Shown: in pieces, positions 28,639-39,123 of the stretch
How the letters are laid out: each line of letters begins with the position of its first letter
Numbering within the stretch: position 1 is the first letter of the stretch
Assembly: GCA_963843795.1 (NCBI GenBank)
Contig: CAWJLW010000006.1
Location: forward strand, 1,860,001-1,924,000
Direction of reading: 5' to 3'
DNA length: 64,000 nucleotides
Source of the DNA: an uncultured bacterium
Lineage (GTDB): Bacteria > Armatimonadota > Abditibacteriia > Abditibacteriales > Abditibacteriaceae
Notes under the pieces: model-generated
Seen by the model: only the letters and a program-made list of their open reading frames with translations
Told to the model about the DNA's origin: nothing
Database searches by the model: none
Position numbers and translations under genes: made by a program

Positions 28639-30066
28639 ATGGCGAAGAGAAAGACGATTAAGACCGAAGAAGAAGTGCGTTCCGATTTACTCGATGCGCT
28701 GAAAATGGTGTCGGAAGAAAAAAATGTGCCGGTGGAAACCCTGGTGGCCTCCATTGAAACTGCGCTGGTTTCGGCTTACAAAAAAGCTTTTGGCGGCAGC
28801 GGCGCGGTTCGCGTTGTGGCCAATTTTGAAACCAACGACTTCCGTGTTTACGCCCAAAAGCGCGTGGTACAAACCGCATTGAATCCGAACACGGAAATCG
28901 CGTGGCGCGAAGCGCGCGAGATCAATCCGATTATCAATCTGGGCGAAGAAGTCGAACAGGAAGTCACGCCTTCGGGCTTTGGTCGTATCGCGGCACAAAC
29001 GGCCAAGCAAGTACTTTTGCAGCGTGTGCGCGAAGCCGAAAGCCGCCAGATCGCTTCCGAATTCGCCGAACACGAACAGCGCATGTTTCGCGGAACGGTG
29101 CAGCGCATGGAGCGCGGCGACATCGTGATTCAACTGGGTAAGGCTGAAGCGTTTTTGCCGCGCCGCGAACAAATTCAAGGCGAACATTATCGTTTTGGTG
29201 ATTCGATCTACATTTTCGTCACTGACGTGCGTTCGGGCTACCGTGGCCCGTCGATTAAAGTTTCGCGTACGCATCCTGGCCTAGTGCGCGAACTGTTCAC
29301 ACTTGAAGTTCCCGAAATCGCCGATGGCATCGTCGAACTGAAAAACGTCGCTCGCGAAGCCGGACAACGCACCAAAATTGCGGTCGCGGCGGAAAACCCC
29401 GATGTCGATCCGGTTGGTGCGTGTGTCGGCCCGCGCGGTATGCGCGTCGGCAAAGTGGTTTCCGAATTGGGCAACGAAAAAGTGGACATCGTGCGCTGGA
29501 ACGAAGATCCGGTGACTTATATCTCCAATGCTTTGTCGCCCGCGCAAATTACGCGCGTGACACTGGTCGCCGATCCCGATTCTCCCGGTGGCACGTTGGG
29601 AACGGCAACCGTAATCGTGGCCGAAGATCAGCAATCCTTGGCGATTGGCAAACAAGGACAGAACGTGCGTCTGGCCGCGCGTCTGACTAACTGGCGCATC
29701 GACATCCGTACAGAAAAACAGATCGCGGAAGAACAGGCCAAGCGGATGTTTCTGGGCGAAGATGACGATATATTGCCAATTTCGTCGGCTGCGAGCAGCG
29801 TTAAAGTCGATGAGTTCGCCGGAGTTTTCGCCATTGATAGCAATATTGAGGCAGAAAACTCAACGGAGGAAAGCACAGAAGCAACTGCTGATTCTGCTGC
29901 AGGAGACTCCGTTGACGAAGGCGCTGCGGCACCAGCAGGCGATGTGGAAACACCGATGGATGTGACTTCGCAAGTCGAACCGCTGAGCGCTCCACTTGAT
30001 TCGCCGCTTCCAGATGAAAGCGACGAAGTCTCGTCGGTAGCACCCGCCGATTCGGTGCGAGCTTAG
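28639..30066 (+). CDS. nusA: Transcription termination/antitermination factor NusA
   Basis: FGRIAAQTAKQV, AREAGQRTKIAV, DPVGACVG, SLAIGKQGQNVRLA. Confidence 0.97.
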   Translation: MAKRKTIKTEEEVRSDLLDALKMVSEEKNVPVETLVASIETALVSAYKKAFGGSGAVRVVANFETNDFRVYAQKRVVQTALNPNTEIAWREAREINPIINLGEEVEQEVTPSGFGRIAAQTAKQVLLQRVREAESRQIASEFAEHEQRMFRGTVQRMERGDIVIQLGKAEAFLPRREQIQGEHYRFGDSIYIFVTDVRSGYRGPSIKVSRTHPGLVRELFTLEVPEIADGIVELKNVAREAGQRTKIAVAAENPDVDPVGACVGPRGMRVGKVVSELGNEKVDIVRWNEDPVTYISNALSPAQITRVTLVADPDSPGGTLGTATVIVAEDQQSLAIGKQGQNVRLAARLTNWRIDIRTEKQIAEEQAKRMFLGEDDDILPISSAASSVKVDEFAGVFAIDSNIEAENSTEESTEATADSAAGDSVDEGAAAPAGDVETPMDVTSQVEPLSAPLDSPLPDESDEVSSVAPADSVRA

Positions 30067-30154
30067 CGCTTGGATGCGCTTGGTGTTCACGCTGAGAGCG
30101 TTGAAAAGGCGTAAACTAAGCATTCAAGCCTAATTTCGAGGTACGACAAAAGAT

Positions 30155-30529
30155 TTGACTGATCAATCACAGAGCGACTGCGCACAACAGGGACACGACG
30201 AACGAAATCGGCTCGCCGTTAGCGGGCCGATTCGCTCGTGTGCCGGCTGTGGTCGCACCGCGACGCGCGCGCAACTTCAACGCGTCGCGTCATTCCGAGG
30301 CGAGGCACCAGTTTTCGACCGTCGCAAAAACGAGCCGGGACGCGGTGCGTGGTTTTGTCCGCGCCGCGAATGCGTCGAGCGAGCGTGGAAACGACAAGCG
30401 TTCGCGCGTATTTTGAAACTGAAAGAACGCCCGCCAGTGGAAATTAAAGAACAACTATTGAACTGCTGCGATGATAATGAGGCCGTGCAAGTACTTGCAG
30501 CAGAGAATGCGCGGCGAAAAAGTGATTAA
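30155..30529 (+). CDS. ylxR: YlxR/RnpM (DUF448) RNA-binding protein
   Basis: PIRSCAGC, GRGAWFCP..EC; located between nusA and infB; start codon uncertain. Confidence 0.85.
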   Translation: MTDQSQSDCAQQGHDERNRLAVSGPIRSCAGCGRTATRAQLQRVASFRGEAPVFDRRKNEPGRGAWFCPRRECVERAWKRQAFARILKLKERPPVEIKEQLLNCCDDNEAVQVLAAENARRKSD

Positions 30530-30643
30530 AAGATTAAAAAGCCTTTGCAAGTGCTTGTGGGGCTAAAAGTGCGAAACGAGACACAAATGAACTGAGAGAA
30601 CGAGACGCGGCTGCGGCTGCGATTAGAAGGAAGGGAAGCAGAG

Positions 30644-33121
30644 ATGGCGAAAATTCGCGTCTATGAGTTGGCTAAAGAATTGAAAGTGCAGCCCAAGGAA
30701 TTATTGGAATTGCTCGGCACCATCGGCGTTATGGGCAAAGTGCCCTCATCGTCGATTGAAGACACCGCCGCACGCTCGTTGCGGCAAATGATTTCTAATA
30801 AGAACAATCCGCCCGTTGCCGCACCCGAACCCGTTGCGCCCGCCGCGCCCAAAGCGTTCAAAACTTTTGACCGCACCGCGCGCCGCGCGCCCGTAAAAGA
30901 AGTTCCAACGGATGTGGCTTCAGATAAAATCGAAGATTTCCGCGAAGCGGCTCCGGTTGGTGGTGCCGTTGTGCAAAATCCGGCGAAATCTGGTCCTGGC
31001 GCGCGCAGCGACGCCGCCCGTATGACACCGCCCGCACCCGCCGCGCCCGTCAGTCGTCCGGCTAATAGCGCGCCTGCTACGCCTCCTCCGCCCTCTACGG
31101 CGCCTGCGACACCGCCTCCGCCCGCGCCCGGTCCACAGGCTGGCGGACAGTTCGGCGGCAATCGTCCGGCTTTCAACCAAAACCGGCGCACCGGTCAGAA
31201 CTTCCGCAACCAGCGCGGCGGTCGGCGTCAGAATCGCTTCGAGCGCACTGAACGCGGTCCACGTTTTGGCGACCGTAACTTTGAAATCGAGCAAGATCCC
31301 GAAACCATTCCGCAGGCCGATGAAGGCACCGTTCTCACGATGCCTTCGCAAATCACCGTCGCGGAGCTGGCTCAGAAAATTGATATCGCGCCCGGCGAAC
31401 TGATCAAAAAATTGTTCGCCATGAATGTGCCGCGCGCTGCCAATCAACCGATTGGTATCGACATCGCTTCACAGTTGGTCGCGCAGTATGGCTATACCAT
31501 TGAAATCGAGACCACACGACCGGAACAGCATTTGGAAGAAGAAAATTCCGATGAACTGGTTAGTGTGCCGCCGGTCGTGACCATTATGGGGCACGTTGAC
31601 CACGGCAAGACTTCTCTGCTCGACATCATTCGCTCGGCCAATGTCCAAGGCGGCGAAGCCGGTGGTATCACGCAGCGTATCGGCGCTTACGAAACTGAGC
31701 ACAACGGCGAAACCATCGTGTTTCTCGATACGCCCGGCCACGAAGCGTTTACGCGTATGCGCGCTCGCGGCGCTCACGTCACCGATATCGCCATTTTAGT
31801 CGTCGCAGCGGATGACGGCGTGATGCCGCAAACGCGCGAGGCCATTGACCACGCGCGCGCCGCCAAAGTGCCAATTATCGTGGCGATGAACAAGATGGAC
31901 AGAGCTGAAGCTGATCCCGACCGAGTGAAAGGCCAACTGGCCGAGGTTGGACTGATTCCCGAAGATTACGGCGGCGACGTGGTCGTGATTCCGGTTTCGG
32001 CCAAAACCGGTCAGGGCGTGCAGGATTTGCTCGACATGGTCTTGCTGGTCACCGAAATTCAAGAATTGAAGGCTAATCCGAATGGTCTGGCGACTGGCAC
32101 CATCATCGAAGCCAACCAAGACCCCAATCGCGGTGCGGTCGCCACAGTTCTTGTTCATCGCGGAACCTTAAAAGTCGGCGACGACATTATCGTGGGCGAA
32201 GTCGCGGGCCGCGTGCGCGCAATGTTTGACTACAAAGGCGATCCGGTGAAAACTGCCGGGCCGAAAAAGCCTGTTTCCATTTTAGGCTTATCGTCCACGC
32301 CTCAGGCTTCGGATTCTCTCCAAGCGGTCGCTACAGCCAAAGAAGCGCGCGAACGCGCGGCTCAGTTCGCCGAAGATGCGCGTGCGGGCAAATTCGCTGG
32401 CAGCGAAGTTTCTTTGAACGAACTGTTCACACGTATCCAAAAAGGCGCGGCCAAAGAACTTAATGTCATCGTGAAAGCCGATGGTCAGGGTTCGGTCGAA
32501 GCGATGTGTCAGAGCTTGCAAAAATTAGAGCACGATGAAGTGCGCGTAAAAATTATCAGTCGCGGAGTAGGCGCAGTTTCGGAAAGCGACGTCATGCTGG
32601 CCGAAGCCTCCAAAGCGATTATCATCGCGTTCGCAGTAGGGACCGATTCTTCCGCACATTCTTTGTCCGACCGCGACCATATCGAAATTCGTTCTTACAA
32701 CGTCATTTACGATGCCATCGATGACGTAAAAGATGCGCTTGAAGGTATGTTGACCCCGATTTACGACGAGCGTCTGGCGGGCGAAGCCGAAGTGCGCGAC
32801 ACCTTTTCTTCGACTAAAGCCGGCACTATCGCCGGTTGTTATGTGCAGGCCGGAAAAATGGTGGCCGGAAGCAGTTTGCGTGTGTGGCGCGGAGGCCGAC
32901 AGTTGTATGATGGTCGCTTGGATTCGCTGCGCCACGTCAAAAGTGTGGTCAAGGAAATCACAGCAGGTCAGGAGTGCGGCATTTCCGCCCATCACTTCAA
33001 CGATTTCCGGGTCGGTGATATTTTGCAATCGGTCGTTAAAGAACGTGTGAAACGAGGCATCGACGATGATGCGCGCGATCCGAAAACCGTCGGACCTCCG
33101 GGCACTAACGGCGAAATTTAA
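30644..33121 (+). CDS. infB: Translation initiation factor IF-2
   Basis: [38 protein letters not shown]. Confidence 0.98.
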   Translation: MAKIRVYELAKELKVQPKELLELLGTIGVMGKVPSSSIEDTAARSLRQMISNKNNPPVAAPEPVAPAAPKAFKTFDRTARRAPVKEVPTDVASDKIEDFREAAPVGGAVVQNPAKSGPGARSDAARMTPPAPAAPVSRPANSAPATPPPPSTAPATPPPPAPGPQAGGQFGGNRPAFNQNRRTGQNFRNQRGGRRQNRFERTERGPRFGDRNFEIEQDPETIPQADEGTVLTMPSQITVAELAQKIDIAPGELIKKLFAMNVPRAANQPIGIDIASQLVAQYGYTIEIETTRPEQHLEEENSDELVSVPPVVTIMGHVDHGKTSLLDIIRSANVQGGEAGGITQRIGAYETEHNGETIVFLDTPGHEAFTRMRARGAHVTDIAILVVAADDGVMPQTREAIDHARAAKVPIIVAMNKMDRAEADPDRVKGQLAEVGLIPEDYGGDVVVIPVSAKTGQGVQDLLDMVLLVTEIQELKANPNGLATGTIIEANQDPNRGAVATVLVHRGTLKVGDDIIVGEVAGRVRAMFDYKGDPVKTAGPKKPVSILGLSSTPQASDSLQAVATAKEARERAAQFAEDARAGKFAGSEVSLNELFTRIQKGAAKELNVIVKADGQGSVEAMCQSLQKLEHDEVRVKIISRGVGAVSESDVMLAEASKAIIIAFAVGTDSSAHSLSDRDHIEIRSYNVIYDAIDDVKDALEGMLTPIYDERLAGEAEVRDTFSSTKAGTIAGCYVQAGKMVAGSSLRVWRGGRQLYDGRLDSLRHVKSVVKEITAGQECGISAHHFNDFRVGDILQSVVKERVKRGIDDDARDPKTVGPPGTNGEI

Positions 33122-33124
33122 ATC

Positions 33125-33257
33125 GGAAGTGGGAATAGATTTGATGGAAGTGGGAATGTGCACGAAAAACTTTTTTGAATACTCTGCAAGTACTTGCAGA
33201 TGAGAATTAAGGTAAATTTAAAGCATTCCCACTTCCATCAAATCTATTCCCACTTCC
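33125..33257. repeat. 133-bp inverted-repeat element centred on the 12-bp palindrome
   Basis: Perfect 34-bp inverted arms at 33125-33158 and 33224-33257; CTGCAAGTACTTGCAG at 33184-33199. Confidence 0.85.
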
Positions 33258-33268
33258 ATCTTCTCAAA

Positions 33269-33550
33269 ATGTTCATTGCGGTGTTAACTTTGGAATTGTG
33301 GATTCACGAAGCGGATTCGCTCAAAGACAAGCGCATGGTCGTCAATTCGATGCTCGACCGCATTCGCGCGCGCTTTGAAGTTTCCGCCGCACAATTGGAT
33401 ACTCACGATCAATGGCAGCAGGCCACATTGGGCGTGGTCGCGATTTCCAACAGCCAGAAACCGTTGCATACGTTGATGAATCATGTGCGCGATGTGGCCG
33501 AAAGCGAAAATCGCTGTGATGTCACGCAATGCCATTTAGAAATTATTTAA
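33269..33550 (+). CDS. ylxP: DUF503 (YlxP) protein
   Basis: SLKDKRMVVNS...RFEVSAA..D.WQ; located between infB and rbfA. Confidence 0.88.
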   Translation: MFIAVLTLELWIHEADSLKDKRMVVNSMLDRIRARFEVSAAQLDTHDQWQQATLGVVAISNSQKPLHTLMNHVRDVAESENRCDVTQCHLEII

Positions 33551-33673
33551 TTGAGGAAGACTGAATTTGGCCGGTAAAAGTAGAGTTTCCCCTGCAAGTA
33601 CTTGCAAGAAAAACGAGCTTTTCAATGGCAAAGTTTCGCCTCCCGAATTCGGTCTTTCATCCTCCCCCATATT

Positions 33674-34045
33674 ATGTCAACAACATTTCGAGCCGACCGC
33701 GCGAGCGAAGCGATTCGCATGGCAGTCGCTAAATTAATCCGCGAAGAAGTTCAAGACCCGCGTTTGGAGCCAGTTACCGTCACCGCATGTGAAATTTCGC
33801 GCGATTTGCAAAACGCCAAAATTTTCTACACGGTTTTGGGCGACGAAGATGCGCGCCGCGATGCGCGTGATGGTTTCGAGGCAGCGACGCCGTTTTTGCG
33901 TTCGCGCGTGGGCGAAGAAGTGCCGCTGCGCACGGTGCCGGAAATTATCTATCGCTACGACAATTCGACCGAGCACGCCATGCGCATCGACGAATTGCTG
34001 GCCGGTTTACCCGAATTACAAAAGCCCGAAGACGACAAATCTTAA
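33674..34045 (+). CDS. rbfA: Ribosome-binding factor A
   Basis: DPRL..VTVT...SRDLQNAKIF, LRTVPEIIYRYD. Confidence 0.95.
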   Translation: MSTTFRADRASEAIRMAVAKLIREEVQDPRLEPVTVTACEISRDLQNAKIFYTVLGDEDARRDARDGFEAATPFLRSRVGEEVPLRTVPEIIYRYDNSTEHAMRIDELLAGLPELQKPEDDKS

Positions 34046-34050
34046 AACCG

Positions 34051-34082
34051 ACAAGCCCTGCAAGTACTTGCAGGGCTTGTTT
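34051..34082 (+). terminator. Palindrome-cored hairpin after rbfA
   Basis: Perfect 30-bp palindrome ACAAGCCCTGCAAGTACTTGCAGGGCTTGT followed by TT. Confidence 0.65.
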
Positions 34083-34118
34083 CACACTCCATTTTTATCC
34101 AACACATTGATTGTTTTT

Positions 34119-35117
34119 ATGACACCGCCTTTCGAGCCGATTGCCCAAGCCATCGCACAACACGATACGTTTATGATTTCGGCTCACGTCGGGCCGGATG
34201 GCGATGCCATCGGTTCGGCTCTGGCATTACGTTTGGCGTTGGAAGCAATGGGCAAAACTGCGTGGGTAGTCTCAACCGATCCGGTTCCCACCTCGTGCCG
34301 GTTTCTGCCTCACATCAGCGAAATTTACCAATCGCCGCCGCATAATCCGCAGTGTGTTTTCGTCATCGACTGCGATGGCACGCCCGACCGCGTGGCCGCG
34401 CCTTTTGCGCCCATCGAAAACGCCGCACAGCGCATCTTGATCGACCATCACCAAACTGCGCGCCCCATTTTCGACATCAATTGGATTGATTCTCAACAAC
34501 CCGCCACTGCTCAGATGATTTTCGAGCTTTTGCAATGGCTTCACATCGCGTTGACACCTGAAATCGCCAATTGTCTGCTGTGCGGACTTTCGACCGATAC
34601 CGGCAATTTTCGCTTTCCCAACACAACAGCGACTTCGCTGCGCATGGCGGCCACGCTGGTTGAAGCCGGTGCCGACTTACCGCTTATCGCGTTCAAATTA
34701 TTCGATGAAAAATCGCTCGCGGCGACACGCTTGTTGGGTGTCGCGATTGATAAAATGCAGTCGGAAAGCGACGGGCAATTGATGTGGACAGCATTGAGCG
34801 CCGATGATTTTCGGCGCGCTCACGTCGGTGATGAAGGCAGCGAGAACGTGGTCAATGTTCTACGGTTTGTGCGCGGCGCGCGCATGGCCATCGCGTTACG
34901 CGAACGCACCGATGAAACCGGAAGCGTCACGCGTATCAGCGTACGCAGCGAAGCCGAGTTGCGCGCCGATTTATTTTGCGCGCAGTTTGGCGGCGGAGGC
35001 CACGCCGCCGCTGCCGGTTGTCGCATTCGCTATCAACCGTTTGAAAAGAACGTGCAAACCATAGTGGAAGCTGGGCGACAATGGCTTGCTTCACCAAGGG
35101 CGGGATCTGACAATTAG
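34119..35117 (+). CDS. nrnA: DHH-family nanoRNase/pAp phosphatase
   Basis: HVGPDGDAIGS, IDHH, DTGNF, GGGGHAAAAG. Confidence 0.92.
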   Translation: MTPPFEPIAQAIAQHDTFMISAHVGPDGDAIGSALALRLALEAMGKTAWVVSTDPVPTSCRFLPHISEIYQSPPHNPQCVFVIDCDGTPDRVAAPFAPIENAAQRILIDHHQTARPIFDINWIDSQQPATAQMIFELLQWLHIALTPEIANCLLCGLSTDTGNFRFPNTTATSLRMAATLVEAGADLPLIAFKLFDEKSLAATRLLGVAIDKMQSESDGQLMWTALSADDFRRAHVGDEGSENVVNVLRFVRGARMAIALRERTDETGSVTRISVRSEAELRADLFCAQFGGGGHAAAAGCRIRYQPFEKNVQTIVEAGRQWLASPRAGSDN

Positions 35118-35222
35118 AAGCGATGCCACAAAGGCTGTGAATTTTCAACCGTGATTTGTCCAGCAAGTACTTAAGCGTTTCCATGCGAATTCTACCATCC
35201 TCTCTCCTTTGTGGCTTTCCTT

Positions 35223-36167
35223 ATGCACGGTGTTTATAATTTCCTCAAGCCGCCTGGTCTGACTAGCCACGATGTGGTTTCCTACGCGCGGCGCGTTCTG
35301 GGCACCAAGCGCATTGGTCACACTGGAACACTCGATCCGGCAGCCTCTGGCGTTTTGCCATTGTGCGTCGGACACGCCACGCGTTTGGTCGAATATCTGC
35401 AAAGTGAGCGCAAAACCTACATCGCCGAAATCGGTTTCGGAAGCGAAACCGATACATTGGATGCGTTGGGCCAAACCATCGCGCATGGTGATTTTTCGCA
35501 TTTGAACGAAGAAAAAGTGCGCGCTATTTTAGAGCAATTCACGGGAAAAATTGCCCAGATTCCACCAATGTATTCAGCTCTCAAGCGCGATGGTCAATCT
35601 TTACATGAAATCGCGCGTGCTGGAGGCAGCGTGGAAATTGAAACGCGCCCAGTGACAATCTACGATTTACAATTGACGCGTTTTGAACGCGCTGCAAGTA
35701 CTTGCAGCGCGTGGATTCGGGTCGAATGCGGAAGTGGAACTTATATCCGCTCCTTGATTCGCGATATAGGACGCGCGTTAGAATGTCCAGCCACGATGAA
35801 TTTTCTGGTGCGCACACAAAGCGGACGCTTTTCAATAAATGACGCGATTTTGCCGCAGCATTTGGCCGATGCCGCACCGTTTTCGCTTCATACCACGCTA
35901 CAATGGTGCGCGACACGCGAGATTGTTTCAACAGCGGCAGCGCAACGCTTGTCGCACGGGCAGAAAGCTACGATAGAAGCGGGAAATTTGACGACTGAAA
36001 ATCAAAACGAGCGCGTTCTGGTGCGCAACGAAGCAATGACGATTTTCGCATTGGCCACGCCCGACGAAATTGGAGCGAGTGCGCGCGAAGGCGGACGTTT
36101 TCGCGTTGAGAAACTATTTTTTAATGAAGAAGCAAATGTCGAGCAAACTCGCGGCTTGCTGGCATAA
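35223..36167 (+). CDS. truB: tRNA pseudouridine(55) synthase
   Basis: KPPGLTSHDVV, GHTGTLDP, QIPPMYSALK, GTYIRSL. Confidence 0.96.
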   Translation: MHGVYNFLKPPGLTSHDVVSYARRVLGTKRIGHTGTLDPAASGVLPLCVGHATRLVEYLQSERKTYIAEIGFGSETDTLDALGQTIAHGDFSHLNEEKVRAILEQFTGKIAQIPPMYSALKRDGQSLHEIARAGGSVEIETRPVTIYDLQLTRFERAASTCSAWIRVECGSGTYIRSLIRDIGRALECPATMNFLVRTQSGRFSINDAILPQHLADAAPFSLHTTLQWCATREIVSTAAAQRLSHGQKATIEAGNLTTENQNERVLVRNEAMTIFALATPDEIGASAREGGRFRVEKLFFNEEANVEQTRGLLA

Positions 36168-36202
36168 GAAACGCGATAGAGAAACGATATTGAGAAATCG
36201 TT

Positions 36203-37135
36203 ATGATGATGGAAGAATTGCGCAGCTTGCCCCAAGAAACCACTAACGAGTGGGCTTTGACCATCGGCACCTTCGATGGTGTGCACCGCGGCCATCAACA
36301 TTTAATTGCCGAACTCAAAGCCGGAGCACATGAGCGCGGGTTGCCGGTGGCTGTTCTCACCTTCGATGATATGCCGTTTCGCCACTTTCAACCCGATTTA
36401 TGTTCGCGTTTGTTGACTTTACCCGCAGAAAAAGCCGCCGCTTTTGCCAATTTAGATATTGAGCGTTTGTTGATGCTGCCTTTTGACGGTTCGATTGCCG
36501 ACTTAGGCGCACAGGAATTTGTGCAGCAAATTTTGGTCGAGCGTCTGCGAGTCAAATATCTTTTGATCGGGCCGGATTTCGCTTTGGGCAAAAATCGTGG
36601 TGGCGATGCGCCGACTTTGCGAAAAATGGGTGAGCAATTCGGTTTTGAAGTTGCGGTCGTGCGCGATAAAGTGACTTTCGGCGGCGAAGCGATTTCTTCG
36701 ACGCGCGTGCGCGGTTGCGTTGAAGATGGCCATCTCAAAACAGCACGCGATTTACTCGGTCGCCCCTTTTCTCTATCGGGCACAGTTGTCAGCGGCGATC
36801 AACTGGGCCGCACGATTGGCGTGCCGACGATTAATTTTCAGCCCGCGGCGCGCAAAGTTACACCCTCGCACGGCGTTTATGCCTGTCACGCTTTTTTCGA
36901 TAACCAAACCATTCGTCATCGCGCCGCCTTAAATATTGGGCGACGCCCGACCGTCGATGGCACGCGCGAGCAGATCGAGTTTCATGTCATAGACGAAACT
37001 ATTGAAACGCCACCTCAGACGGTGCGACTGGAAGTTATTGAGCGCTTGCGCGACGAACACCGATTCGAGGGCTTGGATGCTTTGAAAGCACAGCTAAAGC
37101 GCGACATTCAAAAAGCCCGCGAATTATTAATTTGA
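36203..37135 (+). CDS. ribF: Riboflavin kinase / FAD synthetase
   Basis: IGTFDGVHRGH, ISSTRVR, GRTIGVPTIN, NIGRRPT. Confidence 0.95.
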   Translation: MMMEELRSLPQETTNEWALTIGTFDGVHRGHQHLIAELKAGAHERGLPVAVLTFDDMPFRHFQPDLCSRLLTLPAEKAAAFANLDIERLLMLPFDGSIADLGAQEFVQQILVERLRVKYLLIGPDFALGKNRGGDAPTLRKMGEQFGFEVAVVRDKVTFGGEAISSTRVRGCVEDGHLKTARDLLGRPFSLSGTVVSGDQLGRTIGVPTINFQPAARKVTPSHGVYACHAFFDNQTIRHRAALNIGRRPTVDGTREQIEFHVIDETIETPPQTVRLEVIERLRDEHRFEGLDALKAQLKRDIQKARELLI

Positions 37136-37272
37136 AGCGCTGCATTTGAAAACTTACCATAGAAATTCGCGGTGTTTGACAAATGACAACAATAGAAAAA
37201 TCCTGGATTTTCAACGTATAGATAAATAGGTCATCTCAATCTAAAACTATAAAGAGTTTTTTAGATTTTGCA

Positions 37273-37302
37273 TTGACAGCGCAAAGGTCGGGTGCACATA
37301 CT
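37273..37302 (+). promoter_or_regulatory. Putative sigma-70 promoter
   Basis: TTGACA-N18-CATACT with an AT-rich upstream tract, ahead of the CDS at 37418. Confidence 0.55.
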
Positions 37303-37417
37303 GCGTTAAATCATCTATCTTTCTTCATAAAGTGACGCAGCGTTTATTGGAAACAGCTAAAGTTCTATCCCTTAACGGCGCCGCTTACCTTCCATAACAA
37401 TTTCCAGGAGAACTTAC

Positions 37418-39019
37418 GTGGCCCAAAAAGACAAAGAGAAAAAAGACAGTGCCGAAGCCAGCGAAGGCGCTGAAGTCGAAAACGATGAGAAGCGCGCTGC
37501 TATGTTGCAACGCTTAGAAAAAGCCCGCGCCACGCGCGACGCTAACCGCGCTGCGCGCGCGCGCGGCGAAGAAGTGCCCACCAAGCCCGCCAAAGCCAAG
37601 CTCGACCCTGAAGCCAAGCGCGCGGCCATGCTCGAACGATTGGAAAAAGCTCGCGCCGTGCGTCAGGCCAATCGTGCGGCGCTCGGTTTAGATGCTCCCA
37701 AACCGCCCAAGCCCAAGCTCGACCCTGAAGCCAAGCGCGCGGCCATGCTTGAACGATTGGAAAAAGCCCGCGCCGTGCGTCAGGCCAATCGTGCGGCCAA
37801 CCCGAAACCGCCCAAAGCCAAGCTCGACCCTGAAGCCAAGCGCGCGGCTATGCTTGAACGATTGGAAAAGGCCCGCGCCGTGCGCTCGGCCAACCGCGTT
37901 GCGGCCAAAGCTGCTTACGCTGCTGCCAACCCGCCCAAGAAACGTGGTCGTCCACGCAAAAACTCTGACCACGACATGCGCATTCTGGGCATCGGCATTA
38001 TTGGTGCCGGTGGCATTGCGCGCGGCGTGCACATTCCGGGCTACGAAGCCTTATCCAACGCGCAGGTTTTGGCGGTTTCCGATCCGATTGAAGCCGCGCG
38101 CGAAGGTGTCGCGCAGCAGTTCAATATCGAAGACACCTACGCCGATTTTCACGAGATGCTCAAGCGCGACGACATCGACGCCGTTTCGGTGACAACACCC
38201 AACTTCCTGCACGCCGAAGCCACTATCGCAGCGCTCGAAGCGGGCAAACACGTTTTGTGCGAAAAGCCACTCGCGATGAATCTGCAAGAAGCGCAGGCGA
38301 TGGTCGAAGCTTCACAGCGCACTGGCAAAAAGTTGATGTGCGGCTTCAATTATCGCTTCGCGCCCGAAATTCAAACGCTGCGCCATTTCGCACAAGCGGG
38401 CGAATTCGGCGAAATGTATTACGCGCGCACTCAGGCCTTGCGCCGTCGCGGCATTCCAGGCTGGGGCATGTTTATTTCGAAAGAAAAGAACGGCGGAGGC
38501 CCGCTCATCGACATCGGCGTGCATATGCTTGACGCCACAATGCACGTTATGGGCTTTCCCAAGCCAATTGCGGTTTCGGGCAAAACCTGGCAAATGTTCG
38601 GCAAACGTTCCGACGTGATGGGTTTAATGGGTCAGTGGGATTACAAAAATTTCACCGTCGAAGATTTCGCTGTCGCTCAAGTGCGCTTTGATAACGGTTC
38701 AGTTCTCACGCTGGAATCGAGCTTCGTTGCCAATCAGGAAGAAGCCGACAAAATGAGCTTTCAGATTTACGGCGACGCAGGCGGCTGTCAATACAATCCG
38801 CTCAAAATGTTCCGTGAAGAAAACAAAACCTTGCTCGACGTAACGCCAGTTCATCTCCCGCGTGGCGTGCAAAGCCATCACGAAGAAATCAAGTCGTTCG
38901 TCAATTCGATTTTGAACGATGAGCCAGTTTTCACACCCGGCGAAGAAGCGCTGGAAATCACGCGCATTATTGATGCAATTTATGAATCGAGCGAAACCGG
39001 TAAAGAGGTCGTTTTCTAA
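37418..39019 (+). CDS. Gfo/Idh/MocA oxidoreductase with N-terminal basic tandem repeats and an AT-hook
   Basis: AGGAG RBS before GTG; GIIGAGGIA, HVLCEKP, GGGPLIDIGVH; N-terminal ~185 aa of repeats ending in KKRGRPRK. Confidence 0.9.
   Translation: MAQKDKEKKDSAEASEGAEVENDEKRAAMLQRLEKARATRDANRAARARGEEVPTKPAKAKLDPEAKRAAMLERLEKARAVRQANRAALGLDAPKPPKPKLDPEAKRAAMLERLEKARAVRQANRAANPKPPKAKLDPEAKRAAMLERLEKARAVRSANRVAAKAAYAAANPPKKRGRPRKNSDHDMRILGIGIIGAGGIARGVHIPGYEALSNAQVLAVSDPIEAAREGVAQQFNIEDTYADFHEMLKRDDIDAVSVTTPNFLHAEATIAALEAGKHVLCEKPLAMNLQEAQAMVEASQRTGKKLMCGFNYRFAPEIQTLRHFAQAGEFGEMYYARTQALRRRGIPGWGMFISKEKNGGGPLIDIGVHMLDATMHVMGFPKPIAVSGKTWQMFGKRSDVMGLMGQWDYKNFTVEDFAVAQVRFDNGSVLTLESSFVANQEEADKMSFQIYGDAGGCQYNPLKMFREENKTLLDVTPVHLPRGVQSHHEEIKSFVNSILNDEPVFTPGEEALEITRIIDAIYESSETGKEVVF
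37489..37900 (+). repeat. Intragenic tandem repeat (3 near-identical + 1 diverged unit)
   Basis: AAGCTCGACCCTGAAGCCAAGCGCGCGGC... starts at 37598, 37715 and 37820; encodes KLDPEAKRAAMLERLEKARAVRxANR. Confidence 0.9.
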
Positions 39020-39041
39020 GCGATTTTCTATGGTCAGATAA

Positions 39042-39079
39042 CAAAAAGCCTTCTGCAAGTACTTGCAGAAGGCTTTTTG
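39042..39079. terminator. Palindrome-cored intrinsic terminator
   Basis: Perfect 38-bp palindrome CAAAAAGCCTTCTGCAAGTACTTGCAGAAGGCTTTTTG. Confidence 0.85.
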
Positions 39080-39123
39080 CTTTTGGTGGCGCGCATCACC
39101 AAATCGCTGGCGATACTCTCATT

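Noticed and set aside
30820..31260. Pro/Ala- and Arg/Gly/Asn-rich stretch in IF-2
   Set aside because: Variable low-complexity N-terminal regions are normal for IF-2.
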